Source: Bacteroides sp.
GTDB taxonomy: Bacteria; Bacteroidota; Bacteroidia; Bacteroidales; Bacteroidaceae
DNA length: 64,000 bases
Assembly (NCBI RefSeq): GCF_019416685.1
Contig: NZ_DXWV01000071.1
Direction: 5' to 3' (one strand)
The notes under the pieces are model-generated. The model had not been told where the DNA came from. It worked only from the letters and a program-made list of their open reading frames with translations, and made no database searches. Positions 34,316 to 43,313 of this stretch are shown here, one piece after another. Positions within the stretch are counted from its first letter, which is position 1. Every line of letters starts with the position of its first letter. Position numbers and translations under genes: made by a program.

Positions 34316-37249
34316 ATGATTAAAGTTAGTGACATTTATAGCAAAACGCATGATGGACTAGATATAATCTTAGATTATTATCCACAGGCCGAAGGATGCG
34401 TCGATAACAAAAAGAAATTTAAACGCCGCCCAGAAGAAGACGACGCTTCGGCATGTATCAAGAAATTCAAAGTAAATAACGATTATGAAGTCTATAAGGT
34501 AACGGACTTCGGGGATCAGTCTACGGCAATGTCCCCGATTGATATTTGCATGTATGAAGAGGGTATATCTTTTTCAGAAGCTATTTTTAAGTTGGCAAGT
34601 CGTTATAATGTGACTAACGAACTTAATAAATCAGTCAATAAGCCGGATATTAGAAAGCGACCGGCCAAAGCTGACGAAAAGGAAGGATCCCGTTTCTTTG
34701 AACTTGAAAAAACATTCACGGCGGATCAACTTAAAATAATGGGGCCGCGCGTAAAGCAGGAACATGTTGATCGGTTAAATTGGTATGTGGCAAAATCGAT
34801 ATCTTATGTTAAGAATCGGGAAGTTACCACTAAATACACAACGCCTACCTATCCTATATTTATGCGTGAATGTATTGTACAGTCCAGTAATGATCCTGAA
34901 AAGGTTGTTAAGTTCTACAAGATATATGAGCCGTTGAACCCGGATAAGCAATGGCGTTTTAGCTATACCCCGGATGGGGTGAAGCCTAAGGAGTTTATTA
35001 ACGGATTGGAAGAACTAAAGAAATTGTACCGGGAATATAATACACAGGAAGAAGCCCTATTCAGGAATGATCCTAAAAATAACGAGGATAAGCCCTACAA
35101 AGAAAAGAAACTCGAAGAAGCTTTCATTTGTTCAGGTGAACGCGATTCGCTTTGTGTTGCTTCTCTTGGCTATTCTCCTTTGTGGTTCAACTCTGAAAGC
35201 TACAAAGTAAGCCCGGAAGAGATTAAGGAAATATATAAGTATGTAGAAAAACTATATAATATACCAGATATCGATTCGACCGGTATAAGGAAGGCTACGG
35301 AATTAGCGCTTAAGTACATGGATATTTTAACGGTTTGGCTACCTTCTTGGCTGACTACCTATAAAGATTGGCGAGGAAAACCACGAAAAGATTTCCGGGA
35401 CTTCATGGAGTTAAGGCAGAGAAATGAAGATTTTAGGAACCTTCTTAAAATGGCTATGCCAGCCCGATTTTGGGAGATAACGCAAAACGAGAAAACCGGG
35501 AAGAAACAGTACGAAATAGATGCGGATTGCCTACATTATTTTTTGAAACTAAACGGATTTCATGCCTTACGGGATGAAAATTCGGCTAATACTCAATATG
35601 TGCGCGTAGTAGGACGGATTGTTTCGTCTATAAAGGGGAAGGATATAAGAACTTTCCTTCGCCAATTTGCGAGGGAACGTTACTTGGATCGGAACATTCG
35701 TAATTTGATTCTAAATTCGCCCAGAATGAGCGATGGAGCATTAGAAAATCTGGACGAAATAACGCTAGACTTTACAAGTTATACCAGAAAGAGCCAGTAT
35801 TTTTTCTTCCCTAATGCAGTATGGGAAGTTACAGGGGATAAGATAGAAACCCAATTGGCGAACATGGGCATTACAGACCGCTATGTTTGGGAAGAAAATG
35901 TAATACCACACAATGTTAAGGTATTACCGGATATGTTTACTATAAAAAGGAATAAACTTTCGGATGGGACGGATGCTTGGGATATCGACATACACGAACA
36001 TGCTAGTAATATTTTTCGATACTTAATTAATACGAGTAGAACGCACTGGCGGAAAGAACTTGAATATGCTTTAGATCACTTGGATAATGAGGAAGCGGAT
36101 CGATATCGGCTAGAACATATTTTTGATATTGCAGGGACTAACCTAGAATTGGCAGAAATAGCGGAGCAAAAACAGAACTTAATAAATAAGATTTTTGCGA
36201 TCGGCTATATTCTTCACCGGTATAAATCACCGTCCCGCGCCTGGTCGCCTTATGCGATGGACAATAAACTAGGAGAAGACGGGGACAGTAACGGAAGATC
36301 CGGGAAATCTTTTCTTTTTAAAACTTTCGATCACTTTATGAAGACTGTTAAGTTATCCGGTCGTAATCCTAAGTTGATGGATAATCCGCATGTATTCGAT
36401 CAGATCACCCAACACACCGACTTTTTATTAATTGATGATTGTGATAGATATACTTCTACCGGTTTGTTTTACGACGTTATTTCATCCGACATGACTGTAA
36501 ACCCGAAGAACAATCAATCATTCAACATACCTTATAAGGATAGCCCGAAAATTGGATTTACAACGAACTTTGTGCCAGTGGATTTTGATCCATCAACAGA
36601 AGGCAGATTGCTTTATATGGTATTTTCAGACTATTATCACCAGCGTACACCGGATAACGATTATTTGGAAACAAGATCTATTCGGGATGATTTCGGGAAG
36701 AATTTACTAACAGACTATAACGAGGAAGAATGGAACCAGGATATTAACTTCATGTTGCAATGTTGCAAGTTCTATCTTTCATTAATTGATGATTCAGTTA
36801 AGATACTCCCCCCAATGGACAACATCATGCGTCGAAAATATAAAGCTGATATGGGAGCTGGTTTTGAGGATTGGGCTAAAGGATATTTTGCCGAAGATGG
36901 GGATAAGGTTAATGTGTTAGTTGATAGGCAATCCGCTTTTCAGGACTTCATAAACTTTTCTGGTATGCGTAAATGTACGATGCAGAGGTTTACGAAAGCT
37001 CTAAAAGGATTTGCGAATCTCACGCCTTATGTGAAATGTCTTAATCCAGAAGTTATGCGAAATAGTTCTGGGCGTATCACCAGAAAGATAGACGGTAAAT
37101 CCTGTGATATGATCTATATTCAGACTGTTAGCGCCACTGGAATTAATGATATGGAGATGGGGGAGAGTGAAGCAAACCGGACGCCTGCGCAAACAGTGAT
37201 TAAAGGTTTTACCGATACAAAAACTGATTCTGGGAATGTGCCTTTCTAA
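34316..37249 (+). CDS. Phage primase-helicase (Toprim-like domain plus SF3/D5-like P-loop NTPase)
   Basis: Toprim-like EAFICSGERDSLCVASLGY...IPDIDSTG. Walker A GEDGDSNGRSGKSFLFKT. Walker B DFLLIDDCD. Length 977 aa. Confidence 0.75.
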   Translation: MIKVSDIYSKTHDGLDIILDYYPQAEGCVDNKKKFKRRPEEDDASACIKKFKVNNDYEVYKVTDFGDQSTAMSPIDICMYEEGISFSEAIFKLASRYNVTNELNKSVNKPDIRKRPAKADEKEGSRFFELEKTFTADQLKIMGPRVKQEHVDRLNWYVAKSISYVKNREVTTKYTTPTYPIFMRECIVQSSNDPEKVVKFYKIYEPLNPDKQWRFSYTPDGVKPKEFINGLEELKKLYREYNTQEEALFRNDPKNNEDKPYKEKKLEEAFICSGERDSLCVASLGYSPLWFNSESYKVSPEEIKEIYKYVEKLYNIPDIDSTGIRKATELALKYMDILTVWLPSWLTTYKDWRGKPRKDFRDFMELRQRNEDFRNLLKMAMPARFWEITQNEKTGKKQYEIDADCLHYFLKLNGFHALRDENSANTQYVRVVGRIVSSIKGKDIRTFLRQFARERYLDRNIRNLILNSPRMSDGALENLDEITLDFTSYTRKSQYFFFPNAVWEVTGDKIETQLANMGITDRYVWEENVIPHNVKVLPDMFTIKRNKLSDGTDAWDIDIHEHASNIFRYLINTSRTHWRKELEYALDHLDNEEADRYRLEHIFDIAGTNLELAEIAEQKQNLINKIFAIGYILHRYKSPSRAWSPYAMDNKLGEDGDSNGRSGKSFLFKTFDHFMKTVKLSGRNPKLMDNPHVFDQITQHTDFLLIDDCDRYTSTGLFYDVISSDMTVNPKNNQSFNIPYKDSPKIGFTTNFVPVDFDPSTEGRLLYMVFSDYYHQRTPDNDYLETRSIRDDFGKNLLTDYNEEEWNQDINFMLQCCKFYLSLIDDSVKILPPMDNIMRRKYKADMGAGFEDWAKGYFAEDGDKVNVLVDRQSAFQDFINFSGMRKCTMQRFTKALKGFANLTPYVKCLNPEVMRNSSGRITRKIDGKSCDMIYIQTVSATGINDMEMGESEANRTPAQTVIKGFTDTKTDSGNVPF

Positions 37250-37553
37250 ATATAAACTAAAAAGCTACCAGGAATTTAGGGATCTGATGCAGGTGCCGGG
37301 GTTCTATGAATTTGCTAAGCCGGTATACGACTTTTTGGAAGTGATGGAAGAAGGGACTATCTTCAATTTCGCTACAAAATGCCAGGATGAACAAAAACTG
37401 GAATGGTTTATTAAGGTAGCATGTTTGTTTATATGGTGCGGGCATTTTGAGTATGAGTTTAACGATGATTTTACAAAGATAAGGCGTAAACGTCTTATGG
37501 AGATTGAAAAAAAATGGAAAGAAGAGTATTACGAAAGGTTGCGAAACAGCTAA
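37236..37553 (+). CDS. Hypothetical protein (105 aa)
   Basis: Overlaps the end of the primase gene by 14 nt. No motif recognised. Confidence 0.5.
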   Translation: MCLSKYKLKSYQEFRDLMQVPGFYEFAKPVYDFLEVMEEGTIFNFATKCQDEQKLEWFIKVACLFIWCGHFEYEFNDDFTKIRRKRLMEIEKKWKEEYYERLRNS

Positions 37554-37603
37554 TTATATGCCTACATTGCGTCCAGGACTGCAACGAAAGGTACAAAGTA
37601 AAG

Positions 37604-37633
37604 AGGTCAGATACGAAAGTGTCTGGCCTTTTT
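37604..37633 (+). terminator. Intrinsic terminator ending the early/replication operon
   Basis: 11-bp stem AGGTCAGATAC / GTGTCTGGCCT (2 G-U pairs in RNA), GAAA tetraloop, then TTTTT. Confidence 0.7.
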
Positions 37634-37794
37634 ACTTGAAAAGCGCCCGGCGCCAGCCGCCCTACCTTTCGGTTTCCCCTTACCCCTTCCCTTTTTACTA
37701 CTAAAATTTTGTAACTCTGTATCCTATGTTTGAAAAAGAAGATAAGTAACTAATAATAAGAAAGATAATCGGTTTCAAATTAGGTCGCAAACTT

Positions 37795-37966
37795 GGTTAC
37801 AAACTTGGTTACAAAAAAACAGTGTTTGTAACCTTGCGTTTTGTGACGGTGAGAAATAGCCTGGTTACAAACTGTTTTTTCTCTTATTTTTTTGTATCAT
37901 GGTTTTGTAGCAAAAATAAAATATTGATATATAATGAGTTAAGATAAGAAAGTTACAGGTTACAAA
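37795..37966. repeat. Iteron cluster: GGTTACAAA x4 direct plus 1 inverted (candidate replication origin or regulatory array)
   Basis: Direct copies at 37795, 37807 (12-bp tandem GGTTACAAACTT), 37863 and 37958. The inverted TTTGTAACC lies at 37825. The cluster sits in a 570-bp non-coding, partly AT-rich region just after the primase-helicase operon. Confidence 0.55.
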
Positions 37967-38135
37967 ATTACAAAGATTTAGAGCAAAATTTGAAAAAACA
38001 GACGATTGAAGAGTATGTTTAGTAAGCGGTAAATTTGCCGCTTATTTCTTATTGTAAATATATTTGTGTTCTTTGCTGTGGAATCGATAGTTTGATTTAT
38101 GGTATATATAATGCTGTTAATCAGTGTTTTATTTG

Positions 38136-38143
38136 TATCTTTG
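38136..38143 (+). promoter_or_regulatory. TAnnTTTG -7 promoter motif in front of the first gene of the structural region
   Basis: TATCTTTG lies 17 nt upstream of the ATG at 38160. The context TTTGTAGCAAAATTCA resembles 56187-56204. Confidence 0.4.
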
Positions 38144-38159
38144 TAGCAAAATTCAAATC

Positions 38160-38648
38160 ATGGTAACAACGAGAATAACAATCGAAGCACATTTGGCGGA
38201 ATATTGCTGGTCTAAATTTTCCGCAGATCCAGACGGGGCACCAGTGAAGTTCCCCGATAATTTGGATATCTATCATCTTATTTATGATTTGCTAGAAAAA
38301 CGACCGATAAACAGTTCTAGGGATCAGGGTAATTTAGAAATAATATTGCCGGATCGTAGGGAAGGGGATCTAGCCGGAGGGAAATCCCCAGAACGTTTCA
38401 ATTATCTAGGAATACGCAGTCAAAAGATACTTAATAAGAAAATAAAACTAATGATGCGTGCAGAGCTTCACGATCTGATAGATGAAAATAAACACAAATT
38501 CGGAATCGATCAGATCCAGTCTGTACACTACTTTATGAAGAAATATTGTATTGAATCAATAACCGAAGAAGCATTGCAGAAAGATTACCAGCGTTGGAGA
38601 GACAATATAAGACGTTCAAGTAAAAAACGCCCATACAAGAAAAAGTAG
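38160..38648 (+). CDS. Hypothetical protein (162 aa), basic C-terminus
   Basis: The ATG at 38160 (MVTTRITIEAHL) lies downstream of the promoter motif, whereas the ORF-track start at 38124 overlaps that promoter. The protein ends RRSSKKRPYKKK. Confidence 0.6.
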   Translation: MVTTRITIEAHLAEYCWSKFSADPDGAPVKFPDNLDIYHLIYDLLEKRPINSSRDQGNLEIILPDRREGDLAGGKSPERFNYLGIRSQKILNKKIKLMMRAELHDLIDENKHKFGIDQIQSVHYFMKKYCIESITEEALQKDYQRWRDNIRRSSKKRPYKKK

Positions 38649-38757
38649 ACGTTTTTTTCACCTACGAAGTGTATCTTAATGTCCTTTTTTTGCAGGAATC
38701 TTGCCGGAAAAGTGCCGGAAAAATGCGGAGTAATTGAATATCAAATAGTTATATAGT

Positions 38758-39186
38758 ATGAGAACAAAGAAAATACCTTATTCAGCAGCTAATTCGCTTC
38801 GACTGATACCGATAGACAAAATTAATCGTTTTGCCCTAATTATGTCACGTGCTTTTGTTTCCTTCCAAAATGGAGATTATGAGATTCCAATCGTGCCAGG
38901 ATCATTTACACCTGACATCCAACCGGAAGAAGTGGAAGGAGGCCTTATATATAATGTAGGGCATACGTTTAATGTTGCCCTGATCGATATAGCTAATGAA
39001 CACTTACTGGCTGCATTGAGCAAACAAGAGTTAATCGCCATTTATACCAATGAAGCCGGTTGCGAAATTGTATCTGGAACACAACAAACACCATTGGCGT
39101 TTACTTATGCAAAGGTAGCCGGGCAATATCAATGTAAACTAACCGGGATAATGTCACATTCAGAAGCCTTTTACAGTCCTTTCTAG
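38758..39186 (+). CDS. Hypothetical protein (142 aa)
   Basis: Same-strand ORF upstream of the protease gene. Confidence 0.6.
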   Translation: MRTKKIPYSAANSLRLIPIDKINRFALIMSRAFVSFQNGDYEIPIVPGSFTPDIQPEEVEGGLIYNVGHTFNVALIDIANEHLLAALSKQELIAIYTNEAGCEIVSGTQQTPLAFTYAKVAGQYQCKLTGIMSHSEAFYSPF

Positions 39187-39207
39187 CCCGCTTTTAAACG
39201 GTTTCTT

Positions 39208-40086
39208 TTGCAGAAAAAAGAAACCGTGGATAAAATTCAGCAGATTTTTAATGAGAAATGGGCGATCGAGGCAAAGGATTATCACCACCTTTTATCACTT
39301 ATCTTACCTTCTATAAATAACGGTAACTTAGCAGCTATTGAACAGCATCTTTCGCAAAATAAGGTTACGGCTTATGCCGCTATGCCTTATGTGGCGGATC
39401 GATGGGAACTGGAGGATGCTTCGTTACCGGAAAATTCAGTCGTTATACTTACCTGTGATGGCGTTTTATATTCTTGGGAAACTTACCGCTTAGAACAATT
39501 TATTGCGAAAGCCCTAGCAAATCCGAAGATAGCCGGTATTGTCTTATTTGTAAATGGCCCTGGTGGAATGATTACCCGTGTAGATCTTTTGGAGAGAATG
39601 ATTCGGGAATCTTCTAAACCAATAGCAGCATATATTACTAGTGTATGTGCTTCCGCGCATTTCTGGTTTGTATCTGCATGTGGACGAAAATTCGTTTCTT
39701 CCCCAATGGATGAAATAGGATCCTGCGGGATTATCTACACTTACCAAAGCTTTAAAAAGTATTATGCAGAACTAGGCGTTGAGCTTAAGGATATTTATCC
39801 TGATAGTGCGGATCTGAAAAATAAAATGATTCGTGATATGGAAGAAAAACAGGATGATAGCCTTATTAAAGAGAAACTTTCTTTTTATCACAATCTTTTT
39901 GCGCAGACAGTTGCTCGGAATCTCGCTATAAAATACGATCGAAATGATCCTCTTTTTCGCGGGCAAACCTATTTTGCTGACGTAGCCCTGGCAAATGGTT
40001 ATGTAGATGCTTATGGTACGTTGGAGGATGCTATCGTATGGGTATTATCACAAGCGACACTAAAAAGGGCTAATGAGATAATTTAA
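39208..40086 (+). CDS. S49 (SppA/ClpP-fold) peptidase, probable prohead maturation protease
   Basis: GIVLFVNGPGGMITRV ... AAYITSVCASAHFWFVSAC (Ser nucleophile context). The start is uncertain: TTG at 39208 or the in-frame GTG at 39226. Confidence 0.75.
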   Translation: MQKKETVDKIQQIFNEKWAIEAKDYHHLLSLILPSINNGNLAAIEQHLSQNKVTAYAAMPYVADRWELEDASLPENSVVILTCDGVLYSWETYRLEQFIAKALANPKIAGIVLFVNGPGGMITRVDLLERMIRESSKPIAAYITSVCASAHFWFVSACGRKFVSSPMDEIGSCGIIYTYQSFKKYYAELGVELKDIYPDSADLKNKMIRDMEEKQDDSLIKEKLSFYHNLFAQTVARNLAIKYDRNDPLFRGQTYFADVALANGYVDAYGTLEDAIVWVLSQATLKRANEII

Positions 40087-40112
40087 TATTCACTTTTTAA
40101 TCAATTTGTTTT

Positions 40113-42323
40113 ATGAAAAATCGTTTTTCACAATTTGTTCCGGCTGTAATGGCTATTCTGGGGATTAAGGACTGGAATAAGGATGCGGACAAAAAAAACG
40201 CTTTACTGGCAGAAGAGAAAGAAAAGCTTAAAAACATGGGCTTTAATGAAACTTTTCTCACTGGTTTTTGTGAAGCGTTAAGTAATGACTTCCCGGATGA
40301 TAAATCGCAAGGAAGTACGGAAAATGGAACTGTTATCCCGGAAGATAGTGCTTCCAATGCAGTAATAAAAGGTTTGCTGGCTGACATTACAGCCAAATTA
40401 GCTACCGCCCAGGTAGAAATCGAAACTCTGACAAAAGAAAAAGGAGAACTTTCTACGGAAGTAGCAGCTAAGAGAACGGAGATTACCGGTCTTAATCAAA
40501 AAATTAAAACGCTCTCTGATATGGCAGAACTGGACAAGGGAACCGGGGCACAAAACGGGACTATTATACCGGATGCTAAAAACATTGTTTTGAATTGGGA
40601 TGATGATAAGCAGCTAGGCGGTATTACCGGTGAAATGTACGGTATGGATAGAGCTTATAACCAGCGCTTACGTGCTGAAATGCTTTATCGTAAAGGTATT
40701 GCAGTTCAGGTACCTACGGCAAGCTCTATCGATTATTCAAGACTGAAGGAAGACTTAGGCGCTTTCTATCGTGTGCCGTGGCAGGATCGTTTGCAATCTT
40801 TCTTGATGGTTTTGCCATCTATCGAGAGTATTTTCCCTTTGGAGAGTGGTTATCAAGATCTAGCAGTATTAACTAATATCTGGTTAGGTGAGTTTTCACA
40901 AGCAGATAATACCGCTAGTGACTTCGATAATGTCACTAAGGGAAATTATGAGTTTGACAATGAAACGCTGCGTATGTTTAGTGTTATGTTTGCTCATAAG
41001 TTCAAAGATTTAAAAGCGCTGGAAAAATCTTGGATCGGAAGTTACAACAAGGAAGGATCTCAGGTTATTAAGTGGTCTTTCATTGAATACATTCTCGCAA
41101 AGACAGCGAAGAAGCTGCATAACGAACGTGAACAGCGCCGTGTTAATGGTGTGCGTAAAGAACCGGATCTGAATAAGCCGGGCCGCGCCATGGGGGCCGC
41201 CGATGGTATCTACGAATTTCTAAATAAGAAAGTGGTAGGCCATATTGATATCAATAATGGTAAGCTGGTTTATCAGGTGAAACCGTTTGAACTTGGCACT
41301 TTGTCACCAGAGAATATCGGGGAGAAAGTTTATCAGGCTACATCAATGATACCAGCCGTTCTTCGCGATTCTGGTACATTAGCTTTGTATATGCCTTCTC
41401 ACATGATTGTGTGGTATCATAAGTACAATGAACTGCATTATGCGCAGAATCAGGACTATAAGGCAAATATTATGTACGTGAAAGAATATCCGTCGGTGAA
41501 ACTTATAGCAGTGCCGAACGCTGATAATCACCATCGTATTTTTTGGACGCTGGAAGGCAATATCCATACATTCGAAGATCAGCCGGGAGAAATGACGAAG
41601 TTCAATATCGAACAGCAAGACTGGACTTTGAAAGTATGGAGTAACTGGAAAGAATCTACCTGGGCTTATGCAGTGGGATTCAAATACACAAAGAAAGAAG
41701 ACATGGACTATTCACGCCAGATGATCTTCTGTAATGAATACGACCGTCCGGCATCTTATTTTATCGAAGCCGATAAGGATGCGCAACCGTCTGCAAAGTA
41801 TCATACTTCTATTGTAACTGTTGCTAATACTAACCTATTGGCTATTACCGATATTGAAGATGCAGAAGTCGGGAAGATTGTTACGCTGAAATGTGGTAAT
41901 ACGAATAAGGGCGTTAAGATTGATAAGTCTGGTAATTTCTCCCTTATTTCGGAAGCTTGGAACCCTAAAAAGGGTGATATGATCCGTTTAATGAAACGTG
42001 ATGACGGGAAATTTATTGAGATAGGCCGCGAGACTGGCGCCGCCGATGCTTTGCAATTTGCCCCTGATGAAATAACACCTTCTTTACAGGGTGGATCTGT
42101 TTTCGTAACAGGTGAAAATACGAAAGCTACGGCAATCACCAACTTTACAGATGCAATCGCCGGAAAAACGTACACGATCCACGGAAGTGGTAAAGAAAAT
42201 GCTAGTACAATTGCTACCGGCGGAAGTTTTGTATTGACATCCGCTTTAATGTTAAGTACCGGTAAGTTTATCAAACTGGTTAAAACTGACGATGGCAAGT
42301 TCTACGAAGTTGCACGCGGCTAA
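40113..42323 (+). CDS. Putative major capsid protein with N-terminal coiled-coil (scaffold-like) region and two C-terminal roughly 55-aa repeat modules
   Basis: Lies directly after the protease gene. Coiled coil at about aa 95-135 (QVEIETLTKEKGELSTEVAAKRTEITGLNQKIKTL). C-terminal repeats GKIVTLKCGN...GDMIRLMKRDDGKFIEIGR and GKTYTIHGSG...GKFIKLVKTDDGKFYEVAR. The capsid call is positional only. Confidence 0.45.
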   Translation: MKNRFSQFVPAVMAILGIKDWNKDADKKNALLAEEKEKLKNMGFNETFLTGFCEALSNDFPDDKSQGSTENGTVIPEDSASNAVIKGLLADITAKLATAQVEIETLTKEKGELSTEVAAKRTEITGLNQKIKTLSDMAELDKGTGAQNGTIIPDAKNIVLNWDDDKQLGGITGEMYGMDRAYNQRLRAEMLYRKGIAVQVPTASSIDYSRLKEDLGAFYRVPWQDRLQSFLMVLPSIESIFPLESGYQDLAVLTNIWLGEFSQADNTASDFDNVTKGNYEFDNETLRMFSVMFAHKFKDLKALEKSWIGSYNKEGSQVIKWSFIEYILAKTAKKLHNEREQRRVNGVRKEPDLNKPGRAMGAADGIYEFLNKKVVGHIDINNGKLVYQVKPFELGTLSPENIGEKVYQATSMIPAVLRDSGTLALYMPSHMIVWYHKYNELHYAQNQDYKANIMYVKEYPSVKLIAVPNADNHHRIFWTLEGNIHTFEDQPGEMTKFNIEQQDWTLKVWSNWKESTWAYAVGFKYTKKEDMDYSRQMIFCNEYDRPASYFIEADKDAQPSAKYHTSIVTVANTNLLAITDIEDAEVGKIVTLKCGNTNKGVKIDKSGNFSLISEAWNPKKGDMIRLMKRDDGKFIEIGRETGAADALQFAPDEITPSLQGGSVFVTGENTKATAITNFTDAIAGKTYTIHGSGKENASTIATGGSFVLTSALMLSTGKFIKLVKTDDGKFYEVARG

Positions 42324-42379
42324 TTATTGGTGGGGGAATATTTTCCCCTACCTATTATTAATCTCAAAAAAATAGCTAT

Positions 42380-43198
42380 ATGAAAACTTACATTAAAACA
42401 TCCGTACCCAGACCGGCAGGAAGTCCGGGTAAGGGAATAACGCCTAAAGACGTTCTTACGTTGATCGACGTTGAAGACATTGTTTCTTTTCCGCCGCGTG
42501 ATGGTGCCGGTGTGGTCTTGGTTGGTGATATTGTAGTAAAACCGTCGGCGTACTCTGTTGATCTTTATATTACGCCTGGTACGGTTGAACTGGCTTCTAA
42601 CGGTGAAGGTGAAACCGACGCGAAAGGTTTTACCCCTTCGGTTAAAGGGAAGCATCCAGGGAATAAAAGAGAAGTGCGCGAATTTAAGACGAACTGGCTA
42701 GGTCGTCATTGCATTGCTATTTTGCAGTATTGTAATGGGGAGCCAGCAGATATTATCGGATCACCATGTAATCCGATTGAAATGTCTGTGAACTATACAG
42801 GCAATAAAGATGCAAATTCTTCTGAATTTACTTTTACGCAAATTAGTAAGGGGGACGATATCGGAATTTATGAAGGCACGATCCCGCACGAAGAACCCCT
42901 AGCAGTAGTTCCGGCGGCTGCAACGGAAATTACCTTCAAAGGTACAGGGCAATATCAGCTAAGTGCCGGAGCTGCGAAAATAGCAACTGTTACAGGTGCT
43001 CAACATGGCGACGTCTTAACGTTGATTGGTATTACGGCTGGTGTTGCACCAACAGTAGAAACCGGCGCTTCGTCTGTCTTTTTATTGCAAGCTGGTAAGG
43101 TGTTCACTGCGTCACCTGGAAGCCAGATCACATTTAAGGCTTTTGATACCGGAGGTGGGGCAATGAAATTTATTGAGCAATCAAGATACGAGGCTTAA
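42380..43198 (+). CDS. Putative head decoration or accessory protein sharing the C-terminal repeat module
   Basis: The C-terminus HGDVLTLIGITAG...GKVFTASPGSQITFKAFDTGGGAMKFIEQSR resembles the two modules at the end of the preceding protein. Confidence 0.45.
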   Translation: MKTYIKTSVPRPAGSPGKGITPKDVLTLIDVEDIVSFPPRDGAGVVLVGDIVVKPSAYSVDLYITPGTVELASNGEGETDAKGFTPSVKGKHPGNKREVREFKTNWLGRHCIAILQYCNGEPADIIGSPCNPIEMSVNYTGNKDANSSEFTFTQISKGDDIGIYEGTIPHEEPLAVVPAAATEITFKGTGQYQLSAGAAKIATVTGAQHGDVLTLIGITAGVAPTVETGASSVFLLQAGKVFTASPGSQITFKAFDTGGGAMKFIEQSRYEA

Positions 43199-43222
43199 TT
43201 TTTTTACTTGTAACTACTTGTA

Positions 43223-43253
43223 AGCCCTGGGCAGTGATGTTCGGGGCTTTTTT
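43223..43253 (+). terminator. Intrinsic terminator
   Basis: AGCCCTG / CGGGGCT stem (one G-U pair) followed by TTTTTT. Confidence 0.6.
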
Positions 43254-43313
43254 AGTCCTTTGCCTGGCAATTGCCTTTTTTAATCTTTGTGTCTCACTTA
43301 ATAAATTAATCAA

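Noticed and set aside
27645-38150. Reading the repressor / primase-helicase / iteron block as a separate PICI/P4-like satellite next to a prophage.
   Set aside because: No integrase, second att repeat or packaging-redirection genes are visible. The block runs directly, on the same strand, into the structural genes. A single prophage is the more parsimonious reading, but full-genome context would be needed to exclude the satellite option.
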